A stretch of DNA of 53,905 nucleotides, filler included, from Sphacelaria rigidula (lineage: Eukaryota): NCBI GenBank assembly GCA_964200075.2. It is 3 parts of 3 records of this genome, joined end to end, with 100 filler letters (N's around TTAATTAATTAA, not from the genome) between each part and the next. Parts side by side here need not be neighbours in the genome. Positions count along the whole stretch, not along the records: positions 1 to 17,905 come from CAXNAA020000967.1; 2 more parts are not named here. One strand, given 5' to 3'. Below, in pieces: positions 1 to 12,096 of the stretch. A program made the position numbers and the translations under genes. Each line of letters opens with the position of its first letter. The stretch's first letter is position 1. The notes below the pieces were generated by a model. That model was not told the origin of the DNA. It saw nothing but the letters and a program-made list of their open reading frames with translations, and did no database searches.

Positions 1-402
1 GCTCCCACTAAAACCCCCTATCAACTTGGCGCAGTACACGCGCCGCCCTGCTCTCGAGAGCTTCGGCCCCAAACGCGTCCTGTCCTCTTGGCAGTCGTTA
101 CTACCGTAGTCAGAGGAAGGTTGCCCTGTTCGCCCTAGCTGGAGATTAAAGGTGAAGAGGGAGTAAAACAAGAGCTCGTTGTCTGAGTCCCAAGCACCAA
201 GCAAGTGGCGGCGGAAAAATCATGTACCCACCTTCTTCAAGGCCTCCTCGATCCCGGCTATCTCCCGATGGTCACCCTGTCGAATGAGGCGCATACGCTC
301 CCCAACGTGTACCATGGTCGTTTTGGGCAGCACCACCGGCGCAGGTTGGTGTGACTCCCGTTTGTCATGTGCTCGTTTCCTCTTATGTCGTGGAGCATGC
401 AA
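1..402 (-). CDS. Possible exon pair of an unidentified gene running off the left contig end (exons ~402-232 and 138-1)
   Basis: Donor AAG|GTGGGT at 232/231 and polypyrimidine acceptor (ctcttcacctttaatctccag) at 139/138 join ...IAGIEEALKK to LGRTGQPSSDYG... in phase 0, and the frame stays open to the edge. There is no recognisable domain, and an in-frame stop lies shortly upstream of 402. Confidence 0.25.
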
Positions 403-765
403 GCACGATTCAGTCGGTAGTACCGGGGATCAAAATATGTCCCCGTATGTCTCTTCACTGAAAACATCCACGGTAGTAGCGACCAATCGAGAGGCAGCAC
501 ACAACAAGTGCGTGTCACAAGGCTGCCGGGTTCACACACCGTCGCTTCTGCGGGACGATTTCTCGTGTCGAATATTCCTGTGTATCGCAACACCAGCCCG
601 GCGAGTTCGGCTGGCAATATTATACTTCTAGATCGATCGGTATGGGGTAGCAGGATGTTCGACAACCAAATACAGACTGGTGACGGCTCGCAGCATACAG
701 GCTGGTTCACGCTTGTGATCCAAAACACATTCATCGGCAAGACTTCACGCCGTGTTTTGGAGGCA

Positions 766-954
766 GGGCGTGTTTTAGCACATTAGTTTTCGATCGATAA
801 AGTGCGGTGTAAAACGAAAATCCCGATCTGATAGGTCGTAATTTCAACCACCATCGTTAATTTTGAAGATGGTTAAAATCACGACCTACCAGATCGGGAT
901 TTTTGTTTTGCGCCGCACTTTATCGATAAAAAAATGATTTTCTAAGACACGGCC
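766..954. mobile_element. ~190-bp foldback MITE-like element (GGGCGTGT...ACACGGCC termini)
   Basis: Long imperfect inverted repeat: atcgataaagtgcggtgtaaaacgaaaatcccgatctg pairs with cagatcgggatttttgttttgcgccgcactttatcgat. A related copy lies at 43798-43997. Confidence 0.65.
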
Positions 955-1929
955 TTGGACTCTGAAATTTTGCACACATGTACTTCGGGTCATGACAAAA
1001 CTTTCGAAGAACGAGGGTTTTCTGACATTTTTTTTTTTTAATTCAGCGGTTCCCGGGAGTCCCAGGGTTCTCGGAGGATCGTTTGTCCCCTGAGACCCCC
1101 AAAAAACGGCGAATAAAAAACAAGCAAAAAACGTCGTCCACCGAAATATTTGTCATAATCCATTATTGTACATGTGTAAAATGTTTTACAGTCCAACTCC
1201 AAAAAACGACGTAAAGTTTTGCGCCTGGATGCCATGAAGTTTTCCTCGCCCGGTGCAAACTTCCAACTAGTTTATTCTAGTACGGAAACGTCTATTTCGG
1301 GTATATTTATCGTTAAAACGAGAAAAAACTGCATCAAGTTTCCGAGTTATCCAACGAATGTTTGTCCAATTTTTCAAGGTTGTGTTCTGTAGGGTATCCC
1401 GACTCAAACCCGGTCATTTGAAATAGTATAAATGAGGTATTTTGAGACGTCTGAGGAACCTTCCTTCGTGCTAGAACGCTCCCATGAATAGAACCAATAA
1501 AATGTTCTTGGACAGAACTATGAGGTATGTTGGGTTCTCACAAGTGTGGTTCACAACTTTATCGGTAAATTCCCTTCCGAACAGTACCGGATTGTACAGG
1601 ATAAGGCTCGATACCCTCCGGGACCATACCGGCATATTCGGTAGACATTTCGGTATGGTATGTTACAGTATGCCAACCAAAAATCGCCCACTTCCGGGTA
1701 TGCCCTAGAAGAGCACGACCTCGCAAATTATTCGTCGGCTATTCCGGGACGCAAACGCTATTTTTTTTTCGAGGCACTCTGTATCGACTTCCGGGGGTCC
1801 CGGCGTGAAGATTCCCGGAGGCCGGTGAAGGGCGGAGAAAAAATTAACAATCTTCAACAACACATTTCTCCATTGGGAGCACTAATGCCTACCGAAATGC
1901 CAAGTTTGAGGGTGGTCGGAGTTCTCTAC

Positions 1930-2252
1930 GACATAAGGGAAACCGCAGGAGACTTTCTGGGGTCTTTGGTGCCCATCATAACTGAAAATCCGACGATATC
2001 AAAATATCACATCACCGAAATATCACGTTGTTGGTTATGTACGAAGTATATACCGTAGTTTGGTCCTGTTGTAACGTTTTCACATCTGTTTTTCTCCGTT
2101 AGATTGCCGAGCTGATGACGGTTACGACAATTTGAAGCATGTGAAGAAGGGGTAGAAATTGGGTTGGGGATTGGTTTTTCCTTTTCCAGAACAATTCGAA
2201 GGTCGCTGATTGGTCGAGGTACTTTTTTCCGCCCTTATTAGCGCCACCCCTA
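1930..2252 (-). mobile_element. End of a dispersed repeat, possibly hAT-like (terminus TAGGGGTGGCGCTA)
   Basis: The reverse complement aligns by eye over ~300 bp with 17606-17905, sharing blocks ggtggcgcta, ccaatca, cccaattt, acatgcttcaaat, aatctaacg and aaagaccc. Confidence 0.55.
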
Positions 2253-2260
2253 TGGCCTAA

Positions 2261-2358
2261 CCCTTAGACCGCGAGAGTAGGTCATCTGTTGAATCGGCAT
2301 CAATTTCACTTGAAGAAGGTAAGCATAATCCAGATGGGCTATCGTCGCCTTGCAAGGG
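2261..2358. mobile_element. ~100-bp MITE, piggyBac-like (CCCTT...AAGGG)
   Basis: Termini cccttagaccgcgagagtaggtcatctg and cagatgggc...aaggg, flanked by CTAA/TTCA. Seven further related copies occur in the window. Confidence 0.6.
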
Positions 2359-3327
2359 TTCACAAAAATATCCGTCTGTGTCACCCTGTTCAATTGTCAC
2401 TGGCGGGTCGGTAAGATACCATCCATGCAACTCCTGGGTAGGTACAATATTGCGGGAGGCATTTACTGATGAGTGCATTTTGGGTTTTCGGGTGGTGAAC
2501 GTCAACCAGCCTGCACTCATACATTACAGTACGATGATCTTCCACGACAGAACAGTACGGTAGCACGGTGCAGTGCCGTGCAGTGCAGTCAGAATAGGTT
2601 GTGCAGTACAATTTCCACCGCAAGTCAGGTTGCTGCACGTGATGGTTCCGCCATATTGCTCTAAACGGCAGAAGACTTGCAAAGCCACTACACTGCGTTG
2701 TACTGCAATGCACTGTTGTGTGAGCGTACCGCACAGCCAGGCCGTGTCAGCTCATAGAGAAGCAGCACCCCCTGTCAGTTGCCCTGGGAAAGTGACCTCA
2801 CCTCTTCGGTGCCGGTTTGCGGTTGTGAGCGCAATGATGCTAACAACGGCATGATGGTGTCCAACTTGGGTACCGGCGAAAACTTTGCAACAAGTCACAG
2901 TGAACGCCAACTACATACGTTGTGTGTGTGGCTACCTTGCTTCCTACTGCTTAGTAATCAGACAGGAAGCGCACGAGATATCCGTTTCCGCGCTTTGAAC
3001 CTACAGAAGTAACGGCAAATATGGTTCTGAATAGAACCAGCTTGGCGGGACTGTCAACCAGTTTTGGCGCGATTAGGCTGATCACCTTCGGCTTGCTGGG
3101 AGAGCCTTGCCTGCGGGAGCATCCTGTCCCCAAGCTGTGTACACCCGATTGGCGCTTCAGTTGTTGTGCTAGGGTGCCAAGTATTAGCTGCAACAAGCAC
3201 AGCAGTGCAGTAGGAATTCAAGAATTTTGATTCCAGGGAACATTCACTACATCGTGCTCGTGCTTCCTCAGTAGTACCAAGTACCATACGGAAGTCCATT
3301 TGTCAGGCGAGGACATTGCAGCAGATC

Positions 3328-6300
3328 ATGTTATGGGGTGCTCTAGCCTCCTCAGCCTTCGTGTCCTTCTGTCCATACAACAGCCATCGTTCCGGTTGTT
3401 CAATATCCAGTGGTGATGGTAGTAGTACGAGCAGCAGGAGTGCGCGATTTGTGCTACACGAAACAAGGGGGCAGCGCCGCGCATCATACACATCTCGGTG
3501 GATATACCCAACACTCCGCTCCGATGCCATCGACGGCAGCAGCACTGCACTACAGTCGAATTCTTCCCGACGAGGATGTTCAAGAGTAGCGAAGGGGAGG
3601 AAAAGGCAATTGGGCCAGGCAGTATCTGGATGGCAAGATGGCCTTTGCCAAGTATCGGAACCAGAGGTTGGCTGGGGGAAACAGCCTGGGGGGCGATTCA
3701 CAGGTGAGCGCTCTAGATGTTCGTCCATGAAATGCTTGTCTTGACAGCACATGTATCTCCTCAAGTAGTGAAACGACCACATTGTGAGCGAGTTGCACCA
3801 TGCTCCAGCTCTATCGTGTGAAATTCTGTTAGCTTTGGCAGTCTTATGGTTAATGGCGTCCACAATTGCTGCTGTCTGTGACAAATGGCATGAGATATAG
3901 CTATGGTACCGTGCTGTACAGTACAGGCGTGATTTCGCAAGTAGAGTGGTATCTGACGTGATATCAAAAATGGATATACTGTACTGTACAATGCGCAACT
4001 GGACGGCTTCGCTCTCGTGGCGGAAGCAAGGGATGCAACAATGCACTGCGTATTCAATGCCATCTGTACAAAAAGTGGACTTTGTCAAGGCCTACTTGAT
4101 CGTGGTACCGCGCACTCGGAAATTCGCGCGAACTCACTCTGCCGTCAATCCTTACAAACGCATCTGTTGTGACCTGCACTTGAGCGCCATCGTGCACACA
4201 TTACATTGAACACGTCGCGCTGAAAGGATATTGCTCAACACTCCTACCCTGCGTGGTCCCGCTATCTTGTTGCGTCGTGTTCAGGGGATGTTGTTCTTGA
4301 TGACCGTTTTGAAGAGCTTGAGGATCGCGTAACGCCGTACCCGTGTGTTCTACATAATGCGCTCGGTGCCCCAACTCCCTACTCCGAGGGCTGGGCATGG
4401 CAAAAGCAGGTGACTCGCAAAAATTGTGTAAAATGAGCGCGTGCCAATACGCTGCATAAGTCATTGCTATCCGATTTTCACGGATACCGTTGCACTCGCA
4501 TAGTGTATAGTATCAGCACCCGTTGTAATTTTTTACGCTGGAAAGACCTCTATGAGATCGGCGAGGTACGCGATTTTTCGGTTTTATATTTTTGGCGTCT
4601 TCTCTTCGCTCCAAAACTCTTGTTTGCCAGGACATTATCTCACCGACTGTTGCAAAGTGTGCAATGCGGTACACTTCTGCATATTTTGGGGCACCAGAGA
4701 AGATATGTTTGCTGGGAAAAGTCGTGTCAAGTTGTCACTGGTTTTGCTTATACCGCTACCTCCGACAGGGCGTGATGATGTCATGAAAAATAGGTTGACT
4801 AACTGGCAAACTCAACCGTGAACATCCGTCGATTTCCACCCGCTTAGACTTGCCGGGTGAATACGCTTTAGTTATTACAAGTTACCACAGCAGTCCATTA
4901 GATGTCCTTCCGCACCCGCCAACCAAACTTGACTCCTCCCGGGTGGCAGTTATGCCGCAACCTCAAGAGAGAAATCGCATGCGACCATGAAGATAATGTT
5001 GTCCCCTCTGTCGATAGTTCATCCGATAGACGAAGAATCCTTACCATATCAAAGATTACTTTTCCCCGCCAGTCAAACGTGTGTTCATTTTTTCAACGAA
5101 AATTTCTGCCTCCCCCCAATGCAGGCCGTCGAACAGCGAACACGAAATGCTCCAGATCTCTCAGAGCCTGATGTGGTACTCATGACGCAGCACAACCCGG
5201 TGTTCACGCTAGGAACAGGCAGCACGCGTGACAATCTCAAGTTTTCGCCTGAGGACGCTCCGTTTGAAGTGGTGCGGACGGAGCGCGGTGGTGAAGTGAC
5301 ATATCATGGGCCAGGACAGGTGCGAGAAGGGCTGATTCTGTCCATTTACTATAATGAAAAAATAGGTTTAGCAATGGGTCGGAATCGAGAGTGTTGCGTG
5401 GCCTGTACCCCACATCTGTAACCGATTTTTCAGCAGTGAGCTTGGAGAATAGAACACAAAATCATTAGTTGGACGTATGACGAGTATGTCGTGCAGAGTT
5501 CCTTCCTGCGGAGTTTTGACAACGCACTCCTTTCCCTGGTAAGATAAGAAGTAAATCTAGTTGCAAATGGACCGACGTTTCTCTTCTCGTACGTTCAGCT
5601 GTTGTGAGTCATAATCCAGAAATCGAAACGGATTGATCCCTGATAAGGCCCTATACACTGCAGGCCGTGACCCATCACCTTGATTTTGGAAAAATCTCGT
5701 TCTGAAGGAACCCTCAGGGGGAGGGTGACGTGTATCCCCTTTTAAAGGACGGGTACACCCCAAATGCCATGGAAAATGCCGATGGTGGGCACCGTGCAGT
5801 GAAAACAATACAGCAGGGGTCTCACAATAGTGCAGCCATAGGAGGTTGGCGACCACTATGGTGAGACGTTGTACTGACTGTACAATAAGACGGTACAGCG
5901 CAGTACAGTAGGTTGTTGAAGTACATGAGGAGTAACTATCGTGCCTTCGGACAATTTGTGTCTACGGGAATAGGTTCGTATATCAGGTGATTGACCAGGA
6001 AAATGTAGCCTTGTTGCCGTGTGGGGTGCGGTTCTTGATCCACTGCGCGACTAGAACGTCATCATCCAGCGGCCGAAAACCCACAGCCGCTGGCCCCAGG
6101 AAAAACGAAGATACAAAGACTCATCGGTTTCGGGCTGCTCGCGCGTAGACGATCCCTGGGTGCTGAAGCCGCTGTACAACCGGGTACATCAATGGAAGAA
6201 ACAGGTAGAATAGGATTTCGGTCATCCATTTTGGGGTTTTCGTCATTTTGAAGGCCTCCCGAGCGGGGGGGGGGCGGGGGGAGGGGGGCGGCGACCTGCA

Positions 6301-8128
6301 GTTGACAAGGCCCCTTGATCCATAGGACCCACATCGCACGTAAAGATTGTTCGGAATCTCATTTGAATCGATCCCCTGCACCTTCCCCCAACCGCGATGC
6401 TCTTGTCGCGTTATCGTTGCTGATATGATGATGAAACAGATTGTGCTGTACCCTATCATGAATCTCCGGCGCTATCGGCAAGACATCCACTGGTACCTTC
6501 GCGCTCTAGAAGAAACGGTAATCCGAGCTCTATCTAAATTGGGTCTCTGTGGCGAGAGGATCGAGGGGTTGACTGGGGTGTGGGTGAAAGGGCACAAAGT
6601 GGCGGTGAGCAATCCGACGGCAGTGGGACTGTAAGTTGGTGCGCGAACAAACGGACCTGGTGTAGATAGTGTATGACGGTGCATTTCTTTACTTATATTT
6701 TCTCGAGGGTGATGCGTCATCAAGCCCCCAACATATCACTGAATATCGGCATCCCGATTATTCGAACTACTCCTGACGGCCCAAAGCGACGCCCGGACCT
6801 GCAGTGTTCGGCAAGAAGTTGGCCGAAGCACATCCTCCCCTTAAATGTGCAGTGACTTCGGTAAGTACCCTTTGTCCGAAATGGTCCGGACGTTTGATGG
6901 GTACGGGGTACTTAATAGGTGGCGTACTTGGTACGTACGGCGTTCGATGGATATGGTGCGAGCGGGCACACGGAACATAAGCTTGCGGTTGTCAGGTACA
7001 TCAAGAGTGTGGGAGCGGGGCGGCAGAGGTGCCGTCGCCGAAGCCAGCGCTGAAGTTGCTGGCGCGATTGTGAGAGAAGAGTCACATTCCGATCGAGTCG
7101 CACTGGCCCCCACGGCTACTTCTACCAGACATAGGAAGAGGACGAGGGGCGGGAGAGGACGTATTACTTTGTAGCTCGCCTTAGTCATTAGACCATTGAC
7201 CACGTATCCCTTTCTAAACGGAGCACCGTTCCTACTCCTAATGAAGACACATCCAACATTTGGGGGGGTAGGGGGGGCAAGGGCGGGGAGCATTCTCCTG
7301 TCATGGACGGCTCCTGATGGTACGCATAGCACTACTGGAAATCGACGTGAAAATACTCTGACGGTTAAATCGGGACTGATATTGTGCCCCATGCAACTAT
7401 TTTTCGGGACATTTTCTTCACCCGCTGTTTTTTCGCAATCAAATGGTTGCTTTTATACGTGGTGGAGGCAGGCGGTGGGCGTGCGAGTGAAGCGCTGGAT
7501 AACCATGCACGGGCTCTCGCTCAACGTACGGCCAGACCTGACGCACTTCCAGCACATCGTGCCCTGTGGCATCGAGGACCGCCCCGTAGGCTCAGGTGAG
7601 CCCGTTTTTGCTCTTTCGCGTCGTGTACTTTGGTGGATCCATCTGCCGAAAGCTTACACCACTGGCAGGTTCGGGGTTCGCTTAGCATTAACCCGATGTG
7701 ATTGCGCAGCCGCACGTTCATCGACCCATCACACGCTGCGAAATCCTGATGGCGTCATTGGCAAACAATCTCGTGTGTGGCGTTCGTAACCGCGATCGAT
7801 TGTGCGTGTGGGGAGTTGCTTTCTATCTGTCTTGCGGTGTGGGGAAACTTCTTTTACGTTGTTGATAATTTGTTCATGTTCGCTTGGTGCGTTTGTGGGT
7901 GCGCAGATCCGTTGATCGCAGGTGCTACTATAATACGCGGGCACGCAATTCTGCTGAACGACACAACAATGCTTTTTTGGTGTGCTTTGTCATTTTATTT
8001 TTTCACCAGTGGAGCAACTGTGTCGTGGGGACGAGGACACCAGCTTGGAGCGCGTCGGTGCTCTGCTTATTGAGTCGTTCGAGGAGGTTTTTGGTGTGGA
8101 CACGATGCCGATGGACGACTTTCCATAG
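3328..8128 (+). CDS. lipB: Octanoyltransferase (lipoate-protein ligase B, LipB/LIP2), ~367 aa; exons 3328-3703, 4285-4409, 5125-5319, 6440-6604, 7472-7595, 8010-8128
   Basis: LipB motifs [51 protein letters not shown] and IVPCG. All introns are GT-AG with matching phases, and exon lengths sum to 1104 nt ending in TAG. The start codon is uncertain. Confidence 0.92.
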
Positions 8129-11100
8129 TACCCGCGTTAAGCACGCGGCATTGGTTCGGTCAGGGTCATCCAAGCGAGAGAAAACACGATAGTATACTCC
8201 GAAGCACTGTAGAGACGGCCAGATCGGTCTCGGCAAGACACAAGGGCGGCGGTATTGCGTGTATGGTCTGATTTGTTTTGTTTTGTTTTGTGTTTCAAGA
8301 CGATGAATTGAGAGATGCCTCAACACCATCGAGGTCAGACGTGTTTTAATCTTCCTGTCCTAATAATGTATGGGGTACTGTACTGCGTGTTTCATATTAG
8401 GATCTTGTATCTAGGCTCCTTTCATCATCAAGAAACGGGGGCGAGTTGCCCTGGTCCGCGGAAGGGTCAGCAGCGACGCCAGGTGATTTGACGACGAGAC
8501 ACAGCGTTTCAACTACACTTGCATCACATGATCGCTCGGTCGAAAATACCCGAAACTTGAGCGATCGGCCCATCGAGCATCGGTTAAAAAAGTTGAAACG
8601 GACGGTCAGCTTCTCGCGATGAATCTAGGCGTAGCAACAATTCCTCGAGGGGAATTTCCACACCAACAGCGTGCAAGGTACACACGTTTTTCCCTCCAGT
8701 ATTTGAAGGTTTGGAGCGTGACACATGGTCCCTCGGAAAAAGTGCACGGCCGAAAAAAACACGGCTTCTCAAATGAAATAACGAAGTAGCCGCTTTAGCG
8801 CCCGCGGCCTGCTGCGAGTCCTGACAATCCAGTGGGGGGATCACGATGTTGTACAACAGCAAGACCTTGGAGGGCGTCCGGACTCTAAAGCTATCACGCA
8901 TATGTTGTTCTTCGATAAATGACATCCCAGCAGATCAACATGTCTGAGCAGCAAAGGCGGGGAGTTGTTGCAGTCTAGCTTGTGTGATGCAATGCTCATG
9001 GCGAGCAGGATGGCCGCACTCTGTACGCGTTGGCATCCTGATGGCGTTGGCGTTGATGTCCACCACAGCGGGGGTGCATTTGCGACTGCGGTGCAGTGTT
9101 CGGTGGTGTGCAAATAGCACCAGGAGAGGGTACGAGCTATGTGCGTGAAAACCACCTAACGGGCCCGAACCCTCCTATTTTCACGATGAGGGCATGTTTC
9201 TTCCTGCGATGCGATTCCGAACCCCCCGCGGAAAGAAAAAAGCGGCTTTTCGATTTACGGGCGCTCAAGGGGTTGCTGAACACTTCCCCGTTCCGTTTGA
9301 GGGGTTCATTTCGGGACGGTATATGTGCAAACTCCGGCGAGCATACCGGCAGGATTTTGAGGGCACCCAAGTGTGTTTAAGCCGCGTGTAACGACATGAG
9401 GGTTTTGACCTCAGATGTGCAAGGGTACGACTTCGAGCCATCGCCAACCTTGCAAAATATCGCCGAAGTCCATACCATCTTGATTTTCTCTTTTCACAAA
9501 ACATCATCACGACTTTCGGGACACTAGAAGTGATCTTGAACAGGTTTCTGCGACGTCGGAGTCAAGTCTCGCGGATGATTTTTCAAAACACGTCAGCCGT
9601 ATGTCAGAGGTTGATTGCATTTGTCTACCGTCATGAATTGGCGAACACAAAATTCGACGTTGGCTGATGTGAGGAGCCCCGCGAGATGAGCACAAATCCG
9701 GTCTTGAAAAATGGAGCCCTTCCCTCCAAAAGCCCCACCGAAACATCAACCCATGTTCTTGACGGGACGACGAGTAGGTGCGAACCTCAGGCGACGCACG
9801 ACGAGAAATTAAGAGTTGGACGCTGAAATTTTGACAGCAGCTCTGCATGTTCGAAATGCAGATCACTAGAGCAGCAAATAAAATCAAATAAAAAGGAAGT
9901 TATGGGGATTCGAAATTTCAGAAAAAAACTAGATAATGCCAGAAGTCCAGGATAAAAAGGAGAATCTGCAGCTGGACTCGTGAAGAATCAGTCTCTTGGG
10001 TGCAGAAGGTCTTCCTGAGATTTCAGCTCAAGACTCGTCGAAATGGGCTGTGCGTTTCACATTTTCCGTGACGCTGCTGCATCCCACTAATACCCAGTGC
10101 GGGGTGATTGCTGAAGTGAATCCGCCGCATAAAAAAGAAGAACGCACTCCATACGCTATCGCTTAACGATATCAGACCCACCCTGTACTCTATGCAGTAC
10201 AATGACGTCATCGGCAATACAACGCCAATCGAAAAGCGACGCGGTCCTTTGTCATCAGGTGGGTCAGCAGTTCACAGTGATATATGCTTACATCGGGTTC
10301 GTTCGGGAAACTGTGGAACCTGTGGTGTGAGCGACTTTTAGTAGCTTTCAAGCTGGCCTAGCTCGTACTCTTCAAACAGGAGCAGGAACAAGGTTTCGAT
10401 GAGGAAACAGAATGCTTGCAGATAGCCCCAGGATATGATACGAGTTTCGAGGACACTGCATATAATTCTCTGTGTGTGAAAACTGAAAATTCTTACATTC
10501 TAACCATCGCTCGCTATCTTCCCTCTTCCTACCCCCGAAAGTTGAAAAACTCCTCCTCACGCGACAGTTACACGTCCCCATACGTGGCGACAGGAGTATA
10601 TATTGAGATGAATATCGCTATGTCTACAGCTATCGTGGGGTCAGTTGCCTACGTGTCAACGGCGCATCAGGACACTCTCCGGGTAGTGTGATGTTAACAC
10701 AACCCACACGACATGTTGCATCCACATTAGTGAGCTCAACAAAGCGTGGGACATGGCAATTTTCACTTCAAGCTAACCCTCCGGCCACCAGTTGAGAATC
10801 ATCAGCATATCAAGAGAACCGTCATCATTGCAAACACATGACCGTTGATTTTTCTCCAGCGAAGTCGCGTGATCTTCCATACGGAAAACACGGAACGGGG
10901 TAAAGCCCATGAGGAAGAGAGACTGACTCGGGTACAAGAAAGGTACATATGCTATAATTAGGGTATCACAATCTTGTAAAAATTCGTTTTTTGTTTCCAG
11001 CCAAACGAAGCGACGCATTTGGATCGGTCATACCCGGGCACCAGTGCAACATGGCATGGGACAAACCCGCTATCGGGTTCTATTTTTTTTTCGCCCTCAA

Positions 11101-12096
11101 CGGCGAGATAACAAGACGACACGACCGCGCAGGGATAAGAAAAAGCGCAACCACTAATCGCTATATGCAGGTCATGCAAGCGAACGCAACACGATGAACA
11201 GATGCACAACGTTCAAAATAAACCGACACCAAAAAAGAGACGAGAAACAAAAAAAACTACCCGTGTGACCCTCTCACTATACCCACCATAGTACAGCCGT
11301 CGCTTCATGAACCAAAAGCAAGTCCGACAACACCATCATGCACAAAAGCCAAGAAACTGAATATATAACGTACTCGCGGGGGTAAAGTCTACAGCCGCTC
11401 CCACAATCGGCAGTTGCAATACAGGACAAGAGCACACGTTTTTCTCCATCGTTTTGGTCCCCGGGATCCCCCTTTCACCCTTCCCCCCTCGTCCCATTTT
11501 TAGCACGTCAATGCCTTGAGCTCCTCTCCACGGGGGCCAAGGTGACTAGAAACCAAAAACAAAACCCCCAACAAAAATCAGCGGATCAACTCTGTGCCAT
11601 TCCGTTCATCTCCCGATTCAAGCATCGCGTACCGTAGCTCATGTCCGCAAAATCATTCAAAACACTAAATGAAACAGCAACACTCGACTAATCCGCTTTC
11701 CCACTCCACCCACAACTCACAAATCATTTTTTCCTACCTGTTTCAACCGTGCGGTCTCCACGATCAGCACAGATACAACAGTGAAAGTTTTCGACCGACA
11801 TCGGTGCGCAAGTTCCTAACACGCGCACATACCCTTCAGACTACCCCCCCCCTCGCCCCACTTGTTCGATAAATTCACCCAAATCACCTAGACCTACATG
11901 CTTTACCACAAGACATGACAACGTGATTTTTTTTTTTTTTCCCAAGCAAGCACGCTTCTTGTCCCCTTGTCTGCCGAAATTTTGCTTCGTTTTTTCCCCC
12001 CGTTCCACCTCCAACCATGACCTAACAACTGTGCGACGCCTTTTCTAATTTAATGCGCCGCAGCACTGCACTCGCCACCCACAACAAATCTTCTTC

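Noticed and set aside
3303-4088. 261-aa minus-strand ORF
   Set aside because: Overlaps LipB exon 1 and intron 1 in antisense, with no recognisable motif.
6264-6292. G-run cluster with G-quadruplex potential in a LipB intron
   Set aside because: Simple low-complexity G tract with no evidence of function.
8841-9120. Possible Harbinger transposase remnant (VVDINANAIRMPTRTEC)
   Set aside because: No catalytic GAIDG-type motif follows; the resemblance is too weak.
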